A stretch of DNA of 62,442 nt, the filler included, from Stramenopiles sp. TOSAG23-3 (taxonomy: Eukaryota), in the NCBI GenBank assembly GCA_900128585.1. It is 6 parts of 6 records of this genome, joined end to end, with 100 filler letters (N's around TTAATTAATTAA, not from the genome) between each part and the next. Parts side by side here need not be neighbours in the genome. Positions count along the whole stretch, not along the records: positions 14,697 to 29,267 come from LT642556.1; positions 29,368 to 43,921 come from LT642557.1; 4 more parts are not named here. One strand, 5' to 3'. Position numbers and translations under genes: made by a program. Positions 21,664 through 32,774 of the stretch are shown piece by piece; within the stretch, counting starts at the first letter, position 1, and each line of letters starts with the position of its first letter. The notes beneath the pieces are model-generated. The model was not told the origin of the DNA and did no database searches. It worked only from the letters and a program-made list of their open reading frames with translations.

Positions 21664-23466
21664 ATGGACAAGTTATCAATCCCACGCTACAAAGTTGAGC
21701 GGAGCGGCAACATGGAATTGTACAGACTAATAGTTGACACAGAATCTGAAGACACAAATTTAATACAAGAAACCATCCTTAGGGCTGATCATAAATGGAA
21801 AGATTCGTGTGGCTTCACTATGCTCCATTGGGCTGCATCTTTGAACCGTACAGATGTGGCGTGTCTACTGCTTGAGAAAGGCTACAGTCCCATTGAACTT
21901 GACAACAACGGGGAAACACCAGTACAGCTTGCCCGCGCGAAGGGGCACGATGCGATCGCTGGGTTGATCGAGCACTACCGGAGTGGGGGGCCTGCTCTGG
22001 GCATTGAAAACCAGTTTTATAAGAGGATGGATAACGACTTGATGCTGCAATTTAGCACGTGGCCAATGCCAGACACGCTCGAGGAAGCCGTCACGATGAT
22101 GATGGGCATACCTGGTGTTGAGCAGGCCGTACGGAGTGCACGAGCGCACTTCTGGAAACACCTCCGCCCAGAGGCCGCAGAGGGCAGCACTTTTGCAGCA
22201 GTCGCCAATGCCGACGACAGTGGTGGAGACGATGCAGATGACGACGAAGAGTTTGAAGGCGAATTTTCCTTTTCTATGAAAGAAAACTTACTGAACCCTG
22301 ATGGTTTGGACGAAGACAAAGCCTGCGCCATCAGTGTGTTCACATGTAAGTGCGTTCGCTCAACCATAAACGCTGGTTTTTCAAATGAAAATGGTGTCAA
22401 GTTTCTCTCCTTTGCGCGCTTGTTGAATTCTGCTCTTCTTGCCATACCGCCTCTTCAAGGTGTTTTGTACTGTGCGATTTCCCAGCCACCATCGTTTGGG
22501 CAATTTAGGGCTGGCATGACATTCACTTGGGCCAGTTTTGTTTTGTCCTCCATGTATGGTAATTCGGTAGAACAATATTTGCAGGAAGCTCAGCTTGAGA
22601 AGCGATGTTCAACGCTGATCCAAATCAATGCCTGTTCGGCACGCCCTATAAAGCCGTACTCTGCCCTTCATGAGCGCTACGTCGACTACCCCTTTGAATT
22701 GGATATGGTGTTGCCGTTCGGGTCGAAATTCCGAGTAGAAAACGTTGTAAATATAAATGTTTATGTAGTCTTAGTTGCACTTACAGAAATTCCGAGTGAC
22801 ACCAGGGCGAAGGACTCGTTTGACATGGTAGGGGATACTATGAGGGACAAATGGGGGGGTGCACGAGGCAGGTTGAACCCCCACAGCACAGAATCGATTT
22901 TGGTAGAGGAGAACGAGGGGAAGCGTGTCAAGAACAAGCCCCGCATATCGGCTGACCAGTTTCATGATGTCCACCATCAAGACTATGAGCACTTCTTCTC
23001 TTCCAGTGGATCGGACGTGACAGATTTCAACAGTGATGCTGACTGGACATTGGACTGGGATGGGCCCTTAAGCTACACCCCTAAAGTATCGCGCTACAAC
23101 CCCAGAGCATTAACGGCAAAATTCAAGCATGCCGGCACTACACTGCTTGCAGCGAACAGCCTGCAGGCAGAACTAGAGCCAGCGGTACAGGAGACCCCCA
23201 AAGCAGTGCTGTTCTTGATGAATTATATGGCGGAGAAGTACAAGCGTAATAAGAAAGCGGCGAAGAAATTGAAAAAAAAGGCTGCGAAACTGGCAAAGAA
23301 GCGTGCAAAGCAAAAGAAGAGGGCTGAGAGACAGCAGCGAAATGACGCGAAGGTTGCGAAGTATGAAGAAGCGATTCGGCTACAAAACATCATCGTTGAA
23401 CGTGATCGCTTTCAGAAAGAGCAAGAGCAGACCAGGAAAAAACAGCTAAAGAGAAACAAGAAGTAA
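21664..23466 (+). CDS. Ankyrin plus mono-ADP-ribosyltransferase-like (R-S-E clade, degenerate) protein
   Basis: ANK GFTMLHWAAS...GETPVQLARAKGH; ART-fold pattern LLNSALLAIP..QGVLYCAI, GMTFTWASFVLSS, TLIQI...ARPIKPYS, ELDMVLPFGSKFRV. First in-frame ATG is 21664; the frame is open from GTG 21589. Confidence 0.75.
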   Translation: MDKLSIPRYKVERSGNMELYRLIVDTESEDTNLIQETILRADHKWKDSCGFTMLHWAASLNRTDVACLLLEKGYSPIELDNNGETPVQLARAKGHDAIAGLIEHYRSGGPALGIENQFYKRMDNDLMLQFSTWPMPDTLEEAVTMMMGIPGVEQAVRSARAHFWKHLRPEAAEGSTFAAVANADDSGGDDADDDEEFEGEFSFSMKENLLNPDGLDEDKACAISVFTCKCVRSTINAGFSNENGVKFLSFARLLNSALLAIPPLQGVLYCAISQPPSFGQFRAGMTFTWASFVLSSMYGNSVEQYLQEAQLEKRCSTLIQINACSARPIKPYSALHERYVDYPFELDMVLPFGSKFRVENVVNINVYVVLVALTEIPSDTRAKDSFDMVGDTMRDKWGGARGRLNPHSTESILVEENEGKRVKNKPRISADQFHDVHHQDYEHFFSSSGSDVTDFNSDADWTLDWDGPLSYTPKVSRYNPRALTAKFKHAGTTLLAANSLQAELEPAVQETPKAVLFLMNYMAEKYKRNKKAAKKLKKKAAKLAKKRAKQKKRAERQQRNDAKVAKYEEAIRLQNIIVERDRFQKEQEQTRKKQLKRNKK

Positions 23467-24210
23467 TGTGAATGAACCACAGGATACAAAAGAATAGACG
23501 ACCAAAAGACACCACCCACGACCGACCACTTGAGCTTAATATAATTGATGAATAAATAAATGAATAATACATCAATCAATCAATCAGAATCATNNNNNNN
23601 NNNNNNNNNNNNNNNNNNNNNNNNNNNNNNNNNNNNNNNNNNNNNNNNATACGTACGTATATATATACACACAGCACACAGCCCACAGCCTTTTTTAGTT
23701 TTCTTATCTGCCACTACCTACCGACCGGTATTATTTTATTATTCTTCCTTCTCTCTGTGGCCCTACTATTTCGAAAACTCTGCGCTACCTCTGTGGTGTT
23801 TCTCTGTATTATTTATTTAGTATATAATTAATACAATATAATATATAACTACAGTATGGTATATGATGATGCTTTTTATCATCATCAGTCATCGACGACC
23901 AACGACCAATGGCTGCTACAAAAATAAGAAGAAGAAGAAGAAGAAGAGAGAAGAAAAGAAGGAAGACGACCGACGCTAGATTACTACAATTTTATTATTT
24001 AACTATCTCTATAATAATTAATAACTTCTATCTCGTTGAATGAATCGACGAAATATTTTTATTAATAGTATACTATATGTTTGGTTTACTTTGACAAGAA
24101 ATAGAAATGGTTACAAACTTTGAGAGATAATTGTGAAAGTTATTGGACCAGGAAGTTGATTGTAGATTTAGCTGGTTGGCTTGACTCTTAAAAGTTGGAA
24201 GTAACAAACT

Positions 24211-24927
24211 ATGAAATTAAAAGTAGCCAATGGATGGGACACGGTAAAGGAAAACTTCTTAGCACTTTTAAGTAGTACTGGCGAACTGCTGATATCTAAC
24301 GCAAACCCGAATGATAAAACCCCGGTGTGTTTCAAGTTCGATAGGACTGTCTCGAGAAAGTATCCTGATCGATGCAGCGGAAGGGTCAAATCTCCCCTTT
24401 GCATTCCTGTGAAGGCCGGGGAAAATTGGTGGCGCCTTGTCTTGCTGAAGCACAACAGCCGCTTGCTAAACGGCGAACGGCTGCTGGGGGTGTCCGGGAG
24501 AAACAGGTGTGAAATTGATGTTTCTTTCACGTACGTAGACAACGAAGGAAAGAAATATGCATGCATAGGGTTTGGTGTCCACAAAGATCGCCACAACAGT
24601 CGATGCAGGCTGCATTCTTTCTTGACGAAGGGGTGCTACAGCCCGAAGCAGAAAGGCCCCTTGCAAATCCCTGATAGTAAAGTCTTAGAAGCGTTAAGGG
24701 CCAACGTTGACATCGATGCTGATGTGGAAATTCCAAGTCTTGTGGTGGAGAAAAAACCAAAGAAACCTCGAAAAAAAATTCGAAAGAAGATAGAGAAAAA
24801 AGCAAAACCTGCCGTCAAGCGGAAGAAAGCAAAAAATACGATTGGGAAGGGCAAGAAACGGAAAAAAAGAAAATTCGACGATGCTGACGTCGCTCTGGGT
24901 TTATTAATGTTCACACAAGGAAAATAG
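24211..24927 (+). CDS. Orphan basic, probably nuclear protein (238 aa)
   Basis: ATG ORF between AT-rich spacers; globular N-domain, NLS-like Lys/Arg tract, terminal DDADVALGLLMF. Confidence 0.7.
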   Translation: MKLKVANGWDTVKENFLALLSSTGELLISNANPNDKTPVCFKFDRTVSRKYPDRCSGRVKSPLCIPVKAGENWWRLVLLKHNSRLLNGERLLGVSGRNRCEIDVSFTYVDNEGKKYACIGFGVHKDRHNSRCRLHSFLTKGCYSPKQKGPLQIPDSKVLEALRANVDIDADVEIPSLVVEKKPKKPRKKIRKKIEKKAKPAVKRKKAKNTIGKGKKRKKRKFDDADVALGLLMFTQGK

Positions 24928-24968
24928 AAACAAGAGACTACGATGCTGACGTCGCTCTGGGTTTATTA
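24878..24968 (+). repeat. 29-bp exact direct repeat straddling the stop codon
   Basis: ACGATGCTGACGTCGCTCTGGGTTTATTA at 24878-24906 and 24940-24968. Confidence 0.9.
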
Positions 24969-25928
24969 CCACTTGTTCCATATTAAATAAAATCGAAAAG
25001 TCATCATTCGTCTCCGTTTAATGGTTAAACCAAAATATCCATTAAATATCATCATCATCATTAGTTTTTTTTTTAAAATATCATCATCACCACATAAATA
25101 AACAAAGAAGAGAATATTTTAAAATGTAAGGCAAACAAATATATGATTGAGACACTGGACGAGGAAGCCAACTATGGGTCATTTGAAAGCAATGCTAATC
25201 CATCGATCATTTCAGATTAATGCATGGAGTACACCTGAGAATAATAGTCAACAGTAAGTGACAAGGGTATAGCGATTAGTAAAACCAAAAGAGAAACGAT
25301 AAGTTCGCAGTACATGAATGAATGTAAACCTTGAATGTCTAAATCTAGAGTTCAGTTCGCAGTACATTAATTTTAATTATCTTTTTATCATATGATACTT
25401 AAATAACAACAACACAGCCAATAATAATTATTATTTTCTTCTTCTTGTTGTTTTTATATTATATTATTAAATATTTTTTTTTATATTATTACTACTACGT
25501 GGTGGTGAGTGAGGAGAAGAAGAGGAATATAATATTATTATATTAAAAATTATATTATTAAAATTATAAAATATATTTTTTTGTTAGGTTGTGTACCTCC
25601 TCCTGACCTCCTCTAATAATAATAACTACGGTACACACACACACACACCAATAGAAGGAGGATCTGAACCACTACCCGTACCGGCGGCGGAAGAACGGTA
25701 TTTTGGTACCACGATCGATAATATTGCATTATATTTGTCGTGTTTGATATTTTTTTATTCGAAAAGGAAGAAAAAGAATTAGAGATAAAGAAGCGCTGGC
25801 AATGACGCAAAAAAGAGAGAAGGAAAACACACTGTTAACTGCGTAACGCATTTTAATTGTTTCGAGAGCATTAATGATAAGAAAAGCCATCGGCGAGGAG
25901 TAAACCTTTCTACGGATCGTCTGATCTC

Positions 25929-28900
25929 ATGAGTGTACGACAGCGCTCGAAACGTGGTAGCATATGGAAAAATAATTCCATTGGTCAATTGGAACGGAGG
26001 TATTACGTCGGGCCTTTTGGTCGGAAAAAAGGGAAATCGGTGGGGCCAAATGTGACCGTGAATGTAACGGAAGCAAATAGAAAGCGGGTTTACCATCTAC
26101 GATGTGAGTTTGAAGGGTTTTTGTGGGGAAAACAAGTTCTAACGTCGCAATTGATCCGTATGCACTCGAAGTTGAGAAAACGTATAACAATGTTTTCAAT
26201 TGCGAAGAAGTTAAAAGGAGAAGAAGAGGTCAAAGCGTTTTTTGAACATTTCGTTCAAAATTTTCATTTTCCTAAATCCATCTTATTTTCCCGCGATTGC
26301 GAACAATGCAAACTGTTGGTACAAGCGTACTTCGACGAGGCCTCCCGCTCCCCCCTTGCATTTACTAGCAACGCATTTTGTGAACTATTGGGGGTTTCGT
26401 CTTTATCATTCGGCCCGTATGGAGATTCGCAAGCCGAAGGGTACGTTGACATCCGCAAGCTCGGGTCGAAGGGAGCAGCAGATCGTCTTCGTTCGATGCA
26501 TTGCTGTTGCATGACTTGCTATTGCATTTGCCATAAATGCATCTTTCGCAACTACGAGAAGGTATGGTATGTAGTAAAACCAACCTGCGTTGTGTTCCTG
26601 GCTCACCCAACCAGCAGTCCGTCTGGAGCTAAACATGTTGTCCTGTTCGACACCAATTTTGAAATCGAAAACTCTGTCTTTATAAAACGTCTTGAAAAGC
26701 CAAAACTTACTCTGACAAGCCCAGAAGTTATTTTGCAGCTTCGGTTTGGCAATTTGTTTGATCGACGAACGTTTCAAAAGTCAATTAAAAGTGCTTTTCG
26801 AAAGAGTGTATACAGTGAAACATACCCCCACCACTCATCAATGCCAGTCCGTGAAGCACGGGCAGATACAACGACAAAGGCAATTTCATCGGCCGCATTT
26901 TCGTATGGGGGAAATGCGGCGACGTGCTGGGAGGACGTATACAATGCCATCAATACCGCAAAGTACGACATATTTATATGTGGCTGGTGGGTGTGCCCCA
27001 ACTTGCATTTACGCAGACCCTGTCAAACGTTCCCTGAATCGAGACTTGATGTACTGCTGAAGAAAAAAGCGAACGAAGGATGTAAAATATACGTTCAACT
27101 TTTTAAAGAATTTTTCAAATTGCTGCCCCTCGATAATGAGTGGACGAAGGATATTTTACGAAGCACGCACCCAAATGTCAAAGTCATGAGGCATCCAGCG
27201 CATTTCTTTAAATCTAATTCAGTTTTGCGCTGGAGTCACCATGAAAAGGTTATAGTCATAGATCAATGTGTGGCGTTTGTAGGCGGCCTCGACCTCTGTT
27301 ATGGTCGCTACGATGATAAGAATTACCATTTGTTTGAAGCAGAACACAGAAGTGTCGCAGGCACAACGCATTTGTGGCGCACTTGGAAGGATAAAGATTA
27401 CAACAACGTTCGCATCAAAGATTTTGTACAAAATAGAGAACCGGGCGATCTAATAGATCGCTCCATCCATCCCCGAATGCCTTGGAGAGATGTCCATGCC
27501 TTGGTTGTTGGCTATCCGGCCATCGATTTAGCCCGACACTGCATCCAACGCTGGAATTTTACTGTGGAAACATTAGCAAAACGAGAGAAGCTTTTAATTC
27601 CTCGTGAACCCATGCCGTGGCTATGGGAACGTGTGGCCGAGCACAGTATACTCTCCAGAAGAAGGGACAACAGTAACACTCTGCGCCGCGTACATGGTAT
27701 GAAGGGATCAAATGCCAAACGGCTCAAAGCAAACAGTCCCAGTGCTGGTGGCGGTGATATCAACTTTGATAACATGCTGGGGACTTTGAATGTTTCCTTG
27801 GTTGTTGAAGATAGTGAAGACGAAGACGATGAGGGTAGCCCAGCCAAAAATCAAGACCAACATCAGAATAATAAAATAGAAGCCGCTACCGAGTTTAAAA
27901 CTATTGAGCAAGACGAACACTCGACAGATTCAGAAGCAGACGATATTGCTCGCATCGCTAGCACTTCTGTGTATGTCAGCAGCAGTGAAGAAGAAAGTAT
28001 TTCGAGTGGAGAAGACTACATTCCTGTCGTGCACGCTGCCACTCTTAAATCTAAATCTCGACGTGGGGAGTCTTCTCGCCGATCGATAATAGTGGACATG
28101 AAAGCAGAGAAGGCCGATGACTCGAGAACGGGTGGCATGAACAAACTGGCCAGTGTTTACTCTATTCCCTTGTCGAATCCAACAAAGATATCTCCAGTAC
28201 CCCGCTACTCCAATGGCAACCGCACAGCATGGTTGAAACAGTGGTTTAAACCACTGCCGTCGATTGCCCACTTACCGTCATGCTACCCTACAGAAATACA
28301 GTTGCTTCGCAGCAGTGGCAGGTGGAGCAACGGGCGCGACGAAAGTTCCATACAGGCGGCGTACTGCCATTTAATCAAGCACGCAGAACGATACATATAT
28401 ATCGAAAATCAGTTCTTTATTTCTGGGGGCAAAGCTGGTGGAAAAAATCGTATACTTGACGCGCTGGTAATGCGTATTATCCGCGCTTTTAAAGCCCGAC
28501 GGCCGTTCAAAGTCTATATTTTTTTACCCCTGTTTCCTGGTATGGAAGGACCGGTCGATTCGGATGATGCTAAGCCTATTAGGATCATTATGTACTTACA
28601 ATACTCCACTATTGTGCGAGGAAAGAAAAGCTTGTACAGTCGATTGCATGCAGCAGGTGTTGACTGCCCAGAGTCTTACTTACGTTTCTACAGTCTTCGC
28701 ACATGGGAATTGCGGGCTGATGGTTTGCCTGTAACAGAAATGGTGTACATTCATTCCAAATGCATCATTGTTGATGACCAGGCTGCTGTTATTGGCTCTG
28801 CCAATATCAATGACAGGTCAATGGTCGGCAATCATGACAGCGAAGTTGCCTATTTGATCCGGGACACCGACGAATTTGAAGAGATTCGAGAAGGTTCGGG

Positions 28901-29267
28901 TAATCGTGGAAAGGTCAAGGTTGGGAAATTTTGCAGACAGTTGAGAGATCAGCTACTTGCAGATATTCTTGGACCTGTGCCAGGTTTCAATACTGAAGAT
29001 TTGGCAAGTGATACTACTTTCGACTCAATTTACAAAATTGCGAGTTTAAACACTTCATTATACGATGCCATCTTCAAGGTAATCCCTTCAAACAATGTTC
29101 AATCCCTGGAGACATTGAAACGACTGCGAACGTCCCGGAAATCACAACTTGTAACCCCTGACACGTTTGCAGACCGCGACGAAGTGTTGGAAAACGACGA
29201 TTTATTATCGGGCATCCGCGGCCTCGTTGTCGTGTTTCCCCTGGACTTCCTTAAGGAGAGTCACCAA
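25929..29267 (+). CDS. PLD1: Phospholipase D, PX-PH class (PLD1/PLDzeta-like), 3'-truncated by contig end
   Basis: Two HKD motifs WSHHEKVIVID and YIHSKCIIVDD; IFICGWW, PRMPWRDVH, YIYIENQFF, GSANINDRSM..HDSEVA; ends FPLDFLK close to the expected C-terminus. Confidence 0.93.
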
Positions 29268-29367
29268 NNNNNNNNNNNNNNNNNNNNNNNNNNNNNNNNN
29301 NNNNNNNNNNNTTAATTAATTAANNNNNNNNNNNNNNNNNNNNNNNNNNNNNNNNNNNNNNNNNNNN
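29268..29367. other. Artificial contig spacer with six-frame stop
   Basis: 44 N + TTAATTAATTAA (29312-29323) + 44 N. Confidence 0.97.
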
Positions 29368-29976
29368 TAGGGTAGGGTGGAAGACCAATGGAGCAAAAGA
29401 AGCAAGAAGAAGAAAGAGGGAAAAACAGCATTGACAAATTTGAAGAGAGAGAGAAGAGAGAGGAGAGGACCAAAAAACGATGGAGGATGGATGGATGGAT
29501 TCGCTTTTTAAAAAAAAGAAGAAGATTGTATTTCTTAGAAGAAGAAGAAGAAGATCATCGAGGAGGAGGAGGAGTAGAAGAATGTAGATAGAATGAAGAA
29601 GAAGAATAGAGAGAGAAAAAAGAAGAAAGAAAGATATAGATAGAAGAAGAAGAAGAAAAAAAGAAGATCTCTTCTCTGTCTTTTTTATTATTATTTTTTA
29701 TATTTATTACTGTATATTTATCACATTTTTTTTTTTTAATTATTTTAATTATTATTACGCAGTATTATTATTAATTATATATTATTTATATACCATCATC
29801 ATTTAAAAAATACTGTTTTATCTCTGTTTATTATCACACACACACATGATAAAACAAATTGGAAACAGTTTAACAATCGTGCAAGACAACGAAAGATTCA
29901 GTTGAACAATTTGATTCCTATCGATTTTTGGTTTTGTAATTGTTGAGAAGAACTACGTACCTACATACACACTACC

Positions 29977-30621
29977 ATGAGGAATCCTCCAAGGTCACAA
30001 CGGGAAGCGAACGGTGCCATATTGATGGGCTTCAACTGCTTGTTTCTATTCGTAGGCATTGCAACTTTGATTGGGGCAGGGGTTGTAATAGGCGATGAGG
30101 TAGGGAAGATTTCCGGGAAGGGTATTTCAACCGGTCTGATGCTTATCGGTGCGCTGATTATGTTTCTGGCCGCGGCGGGGGCGCAAGCGACCAGGGAAGC
30201 GGAGCTGACGAAGTGTGCTCTTTATTACGTAGTAGTATTGACCTTTGTCTGCATGGCAACGGCGGTGCTCTGTTTGCTTGTTTTTCGAGTCGAAGAATCG
30301 AAAGAAAACCTGAGCAACGGGTGGGACACAGCTAATATAGAGACGCGGCGAGATATTCAAGAGCAACTGGAATGCTGCGGGTTCGACAAAGTGATCGACA
30401 GGGTGTCCCTGCCGTGCACGTTCACCCGCGCGTGCGAGCCGGAGTTGGGGGCCAAAGTAGAGTCTAGGATGGAATACATGAAGACGTTCGCTTTCATGCT
30501 CCTTGGGGTTCAAATCATCGGCTTGGTGCTCACCTGCTGCCTTCTGATGAAGCGCCAGAAGCAGTCCACCCACCGGTACACGGGTATCAACGGGGGGGCC
30601 GACATGAGTTCCAGCATTTAA
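29977..30621 (+). CDS. Tetraspanin (214 aa)
   Basis: Four hydrophobic helices; large loop with IQEQLECCGF plus two more Cys; juxtamembrane Cys; tail YTGI fits YxxPhi. Confidence 0.88.
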   Translation: MRNPPRSQREANGAILMGFNCLFLFVGIATLIGAGVVIGDEVGKISGKGISTGLMLIGALIMFLAAAGAQATREAELTKCALYYVVVLTFVCMATAVLCLLVFRVEESKENLSNGWDTANIETRRDIQEQLECCGFDKVIDRVSLPCTFTRACEPELGAKVESRMEYMKTFAFMLLGVQIIGLVLTCCLLMKRQKQSTHRYTGINGGADMSSSI

Positions 30622-30917
30622 AGATAAAAAATATTTTACGAGGTATAAATTTGGATTTTGTTCACAAATCATATGTTAACAAGTAACAACCCGAAAGTAA
30701 TTTTTTTATGTTGACATTACTGATAAATTAAAACAACACCCGACACTTCTCCCATCTCACAGACCAACATTTTACGTCGTTATATAAAAAAAAATTACAT
30801 AGTACGCTTGTACGTCGTTATATGTATTTTATTTTGCATTTTCAGCTATCGCAAGCGCCCCCAAACTCTGCTGCAACGCAGACTGCAACCATTTGGCATT
30901 CGCCCGACGTTCAAAAA

Positions 30918-32348
30918 TCATTTGCTTTTCTTTGCAACGTCTGTGTACGACCACCCTTGTACCCCAAGAAAAGACTTCCGCTCCGCCAGTCCAGCAGCGG
31001 CAAAGACGCGCCCGATCAAGCTCGAGATGAACACGGGCGACTCGTTCCCAGGGTTGGGGGGGTCCTTGAATATGCAAGCGCGTGAAAAATCAATAAGCTG
31101 CTGCTGGTAAGTGGAGTGGACACTGCTGGATTTGTCAGAGTGGGAAAAACCGTTGTTGTACTGGACGTCGATGTAGTTCCTACGGTGCGGCAGCATGAAA
31201 TTGTAGAAGAACAATTTACCTTTCGGGGTCGTCGCCTCCACCGTCGCGGAAGGCCACCAGCCTGTACCGTACGACACGTCGATCCTCGCCGCACGTTTCA
31301 ATTTCGCGTCATCTTTGACTTCCAGCTCGACCCGCATCCTGAAGTCGACGTCCCTACTCTCTTTGATCGTGCTGGCCTCCGCCTTCTTCACTAAAAATTT
31401 GTCCGGGTCGTTCTCCTGAAAGAGCGTGCGGACAACGTCCAGCGCAAACGGGCCGTACATCATGAACGCACTGCCGCCGCCTCCCGGTCTCGTCCCGTCG
31501 GTGGGCTCGGAAAACGGCCACCACCATTTGGCCCACCACGGCACGTTGATTACAATTTTTGCCCTGGAGGCCGTGCCGAGCTGCACGACCGACGACTCAA
31601 ACCGGGCGTAGATCGGATGGTGCCGGTGGTGGAGGGCCTCCTGCAGCACCACGCCCTTCTGCTTGGCCAGGGCCACCAACTGAGACGCCTCCTCCCCACT
31701 CAGGGCAACCGGGGAAGGGCAAAGCACGTGCTTTCCCAGTTGCAGGGCGTCCCTCGTGTACCGAAAACGCTTCGTCGGGCACAGGCCCAAAAACACGGCG
31801 CTTACTTCTGCGCTCCGCACCAGTTCGTGAAGGCTCTCGTAGCTGCGAAGGACTTTGTCGTACGCGACCCCAAAGTCCAGCCGGTGCTGCCGGTGCACCG
31901 CAGCGTGGGCGTAAACTTCTAAATTTTCAATTTTCTTGCTTGGCTCCATGACCGTGTGCCGCAACTCGCTCAAGTTGCCGACAACTCCCATGCGGAATTT
32001 CTTCACCTTCTTCTTCTCTGCCTCCGCTTTCTTCTTTGACATCTTGCTGCCCCGCTTGCGGTTAACGGAAGAATTTTCCCCCTTGAAACACTCGACCAAG
32101 GAGGACAGGCCCCTCGGGGCGTTGCCGGTCACAACACCATAGCGAAAGAGAATCGTAAATAAAAACAGGAGGTACAGGGGCGTCATCTGGTGCGACAGGA
32201 CGTAGTCCACGTACAGTATCCCCGTATATGGAGTCACGCGCTCCCACCAAGGCAGGTCGGGGTGAAACTGGCCTTCGACGGCCATCTTGTCAGGAATCCC
32301 TGGAATGTGCGCCGCTGGATCGGCCTCAAATTCTGTATACTCTGACAT
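30918..32348 (-). CDS. Gfo/Idh/MocA-family oxidoreductase-like protein with N-terminal membrane anchor (476 aa)
   Basis: YESLHELV..AEVSAVFL, ALQLGKHVLC.SPVA..EEASQLV..AKQKGVVLQEALHHRHHP, GGGGSAFMMYGPF; hydrophobic PLYLLFLFTILFRYGVV. Confidence 0.8.
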   Translation of the reverse strand: MSEYTEFEADPAAHIPGIPDKMAVEGQFHPDLPWWERVTPYTGILYVDYVLSHQMTPLYLLFLFTILFRYGVVTGNAPRGLSSLVECFKGENSSVNRKRGSKMSKKKAEAEKKKVKKFRMGVVGNLSELRHTVMEPSKKIENLEVYAHAAVHRQHRLDFGVAYDKVLRSYESLHELVRSAEVSAVFLGLCPTKRFRYTRDALQLGKHVLCPSPVALSGEEASQLVALAKQKGVVLQEALHHRHHPIYARFESSVVQLGTASRAKIVINVPWWAKWWWPFSEPTDGTRPGGGGSAFMMYGPFALDVVRTLFQENDPDKFLVKKAEASTIKESRDVDFRMRVELEVKDDAKLKRAARIDVSYGTGWWPSATVEATTPKGKLFFYNFMLPHRRNYIDVQYNNGFSHSDKSSSVHSTYQQQLIDFSRACIFKDPPNPGNESPVFISSLIGRVFAAAGLAERKSFLGVQGWSYTDVAKKSK

Positions 32349-32774
32349 AAGGCTTCGTTCTCAGCTGCTCCTAACTACTATTGTTCGAGGTGTGTGGGGT
32401 GTGTGTTCTACTCCCTGCCGGTTCACTGTCTTTCTTTGAAGGGAAAGAACTATGGCATGGCACCGTCGAATGGTTTTATCTTACAAACAGTAAGCAACAC
32501 CGATCGTTAAATTGTTGTTCTAATACAGTATTATTTCTATCAGTCTTTGCCGAAATTCATACGTACGGTTTCTCACGATCAACTGGTTTAAACCCACCAC
32601 CGCCAGTAAAACGGTAGCACCGGTAGTGCTGATGATACTACCAATATTACCTTAAATTTACTTCCTTTTAAATTATATTACAGCATTACAGCATAACAAT
32701 AACACTGGAGTAATTTTAATTACGACTCAATAGTGTAGGATTTTTTGCCTTAATTTAATACTTCAGCTTTATCT

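Noticed and set aside
21515-21730. Separate small gene or uORF overlapping the ART-like gene start
   Set aside because: Cannot be told apart from a small indel at ATGTGTCC (21587) that would simply extend the main ORF
29368-29378. TAGGGTAGGG at a contig start as a telomere
   Set aside because: Only two units; too short to support
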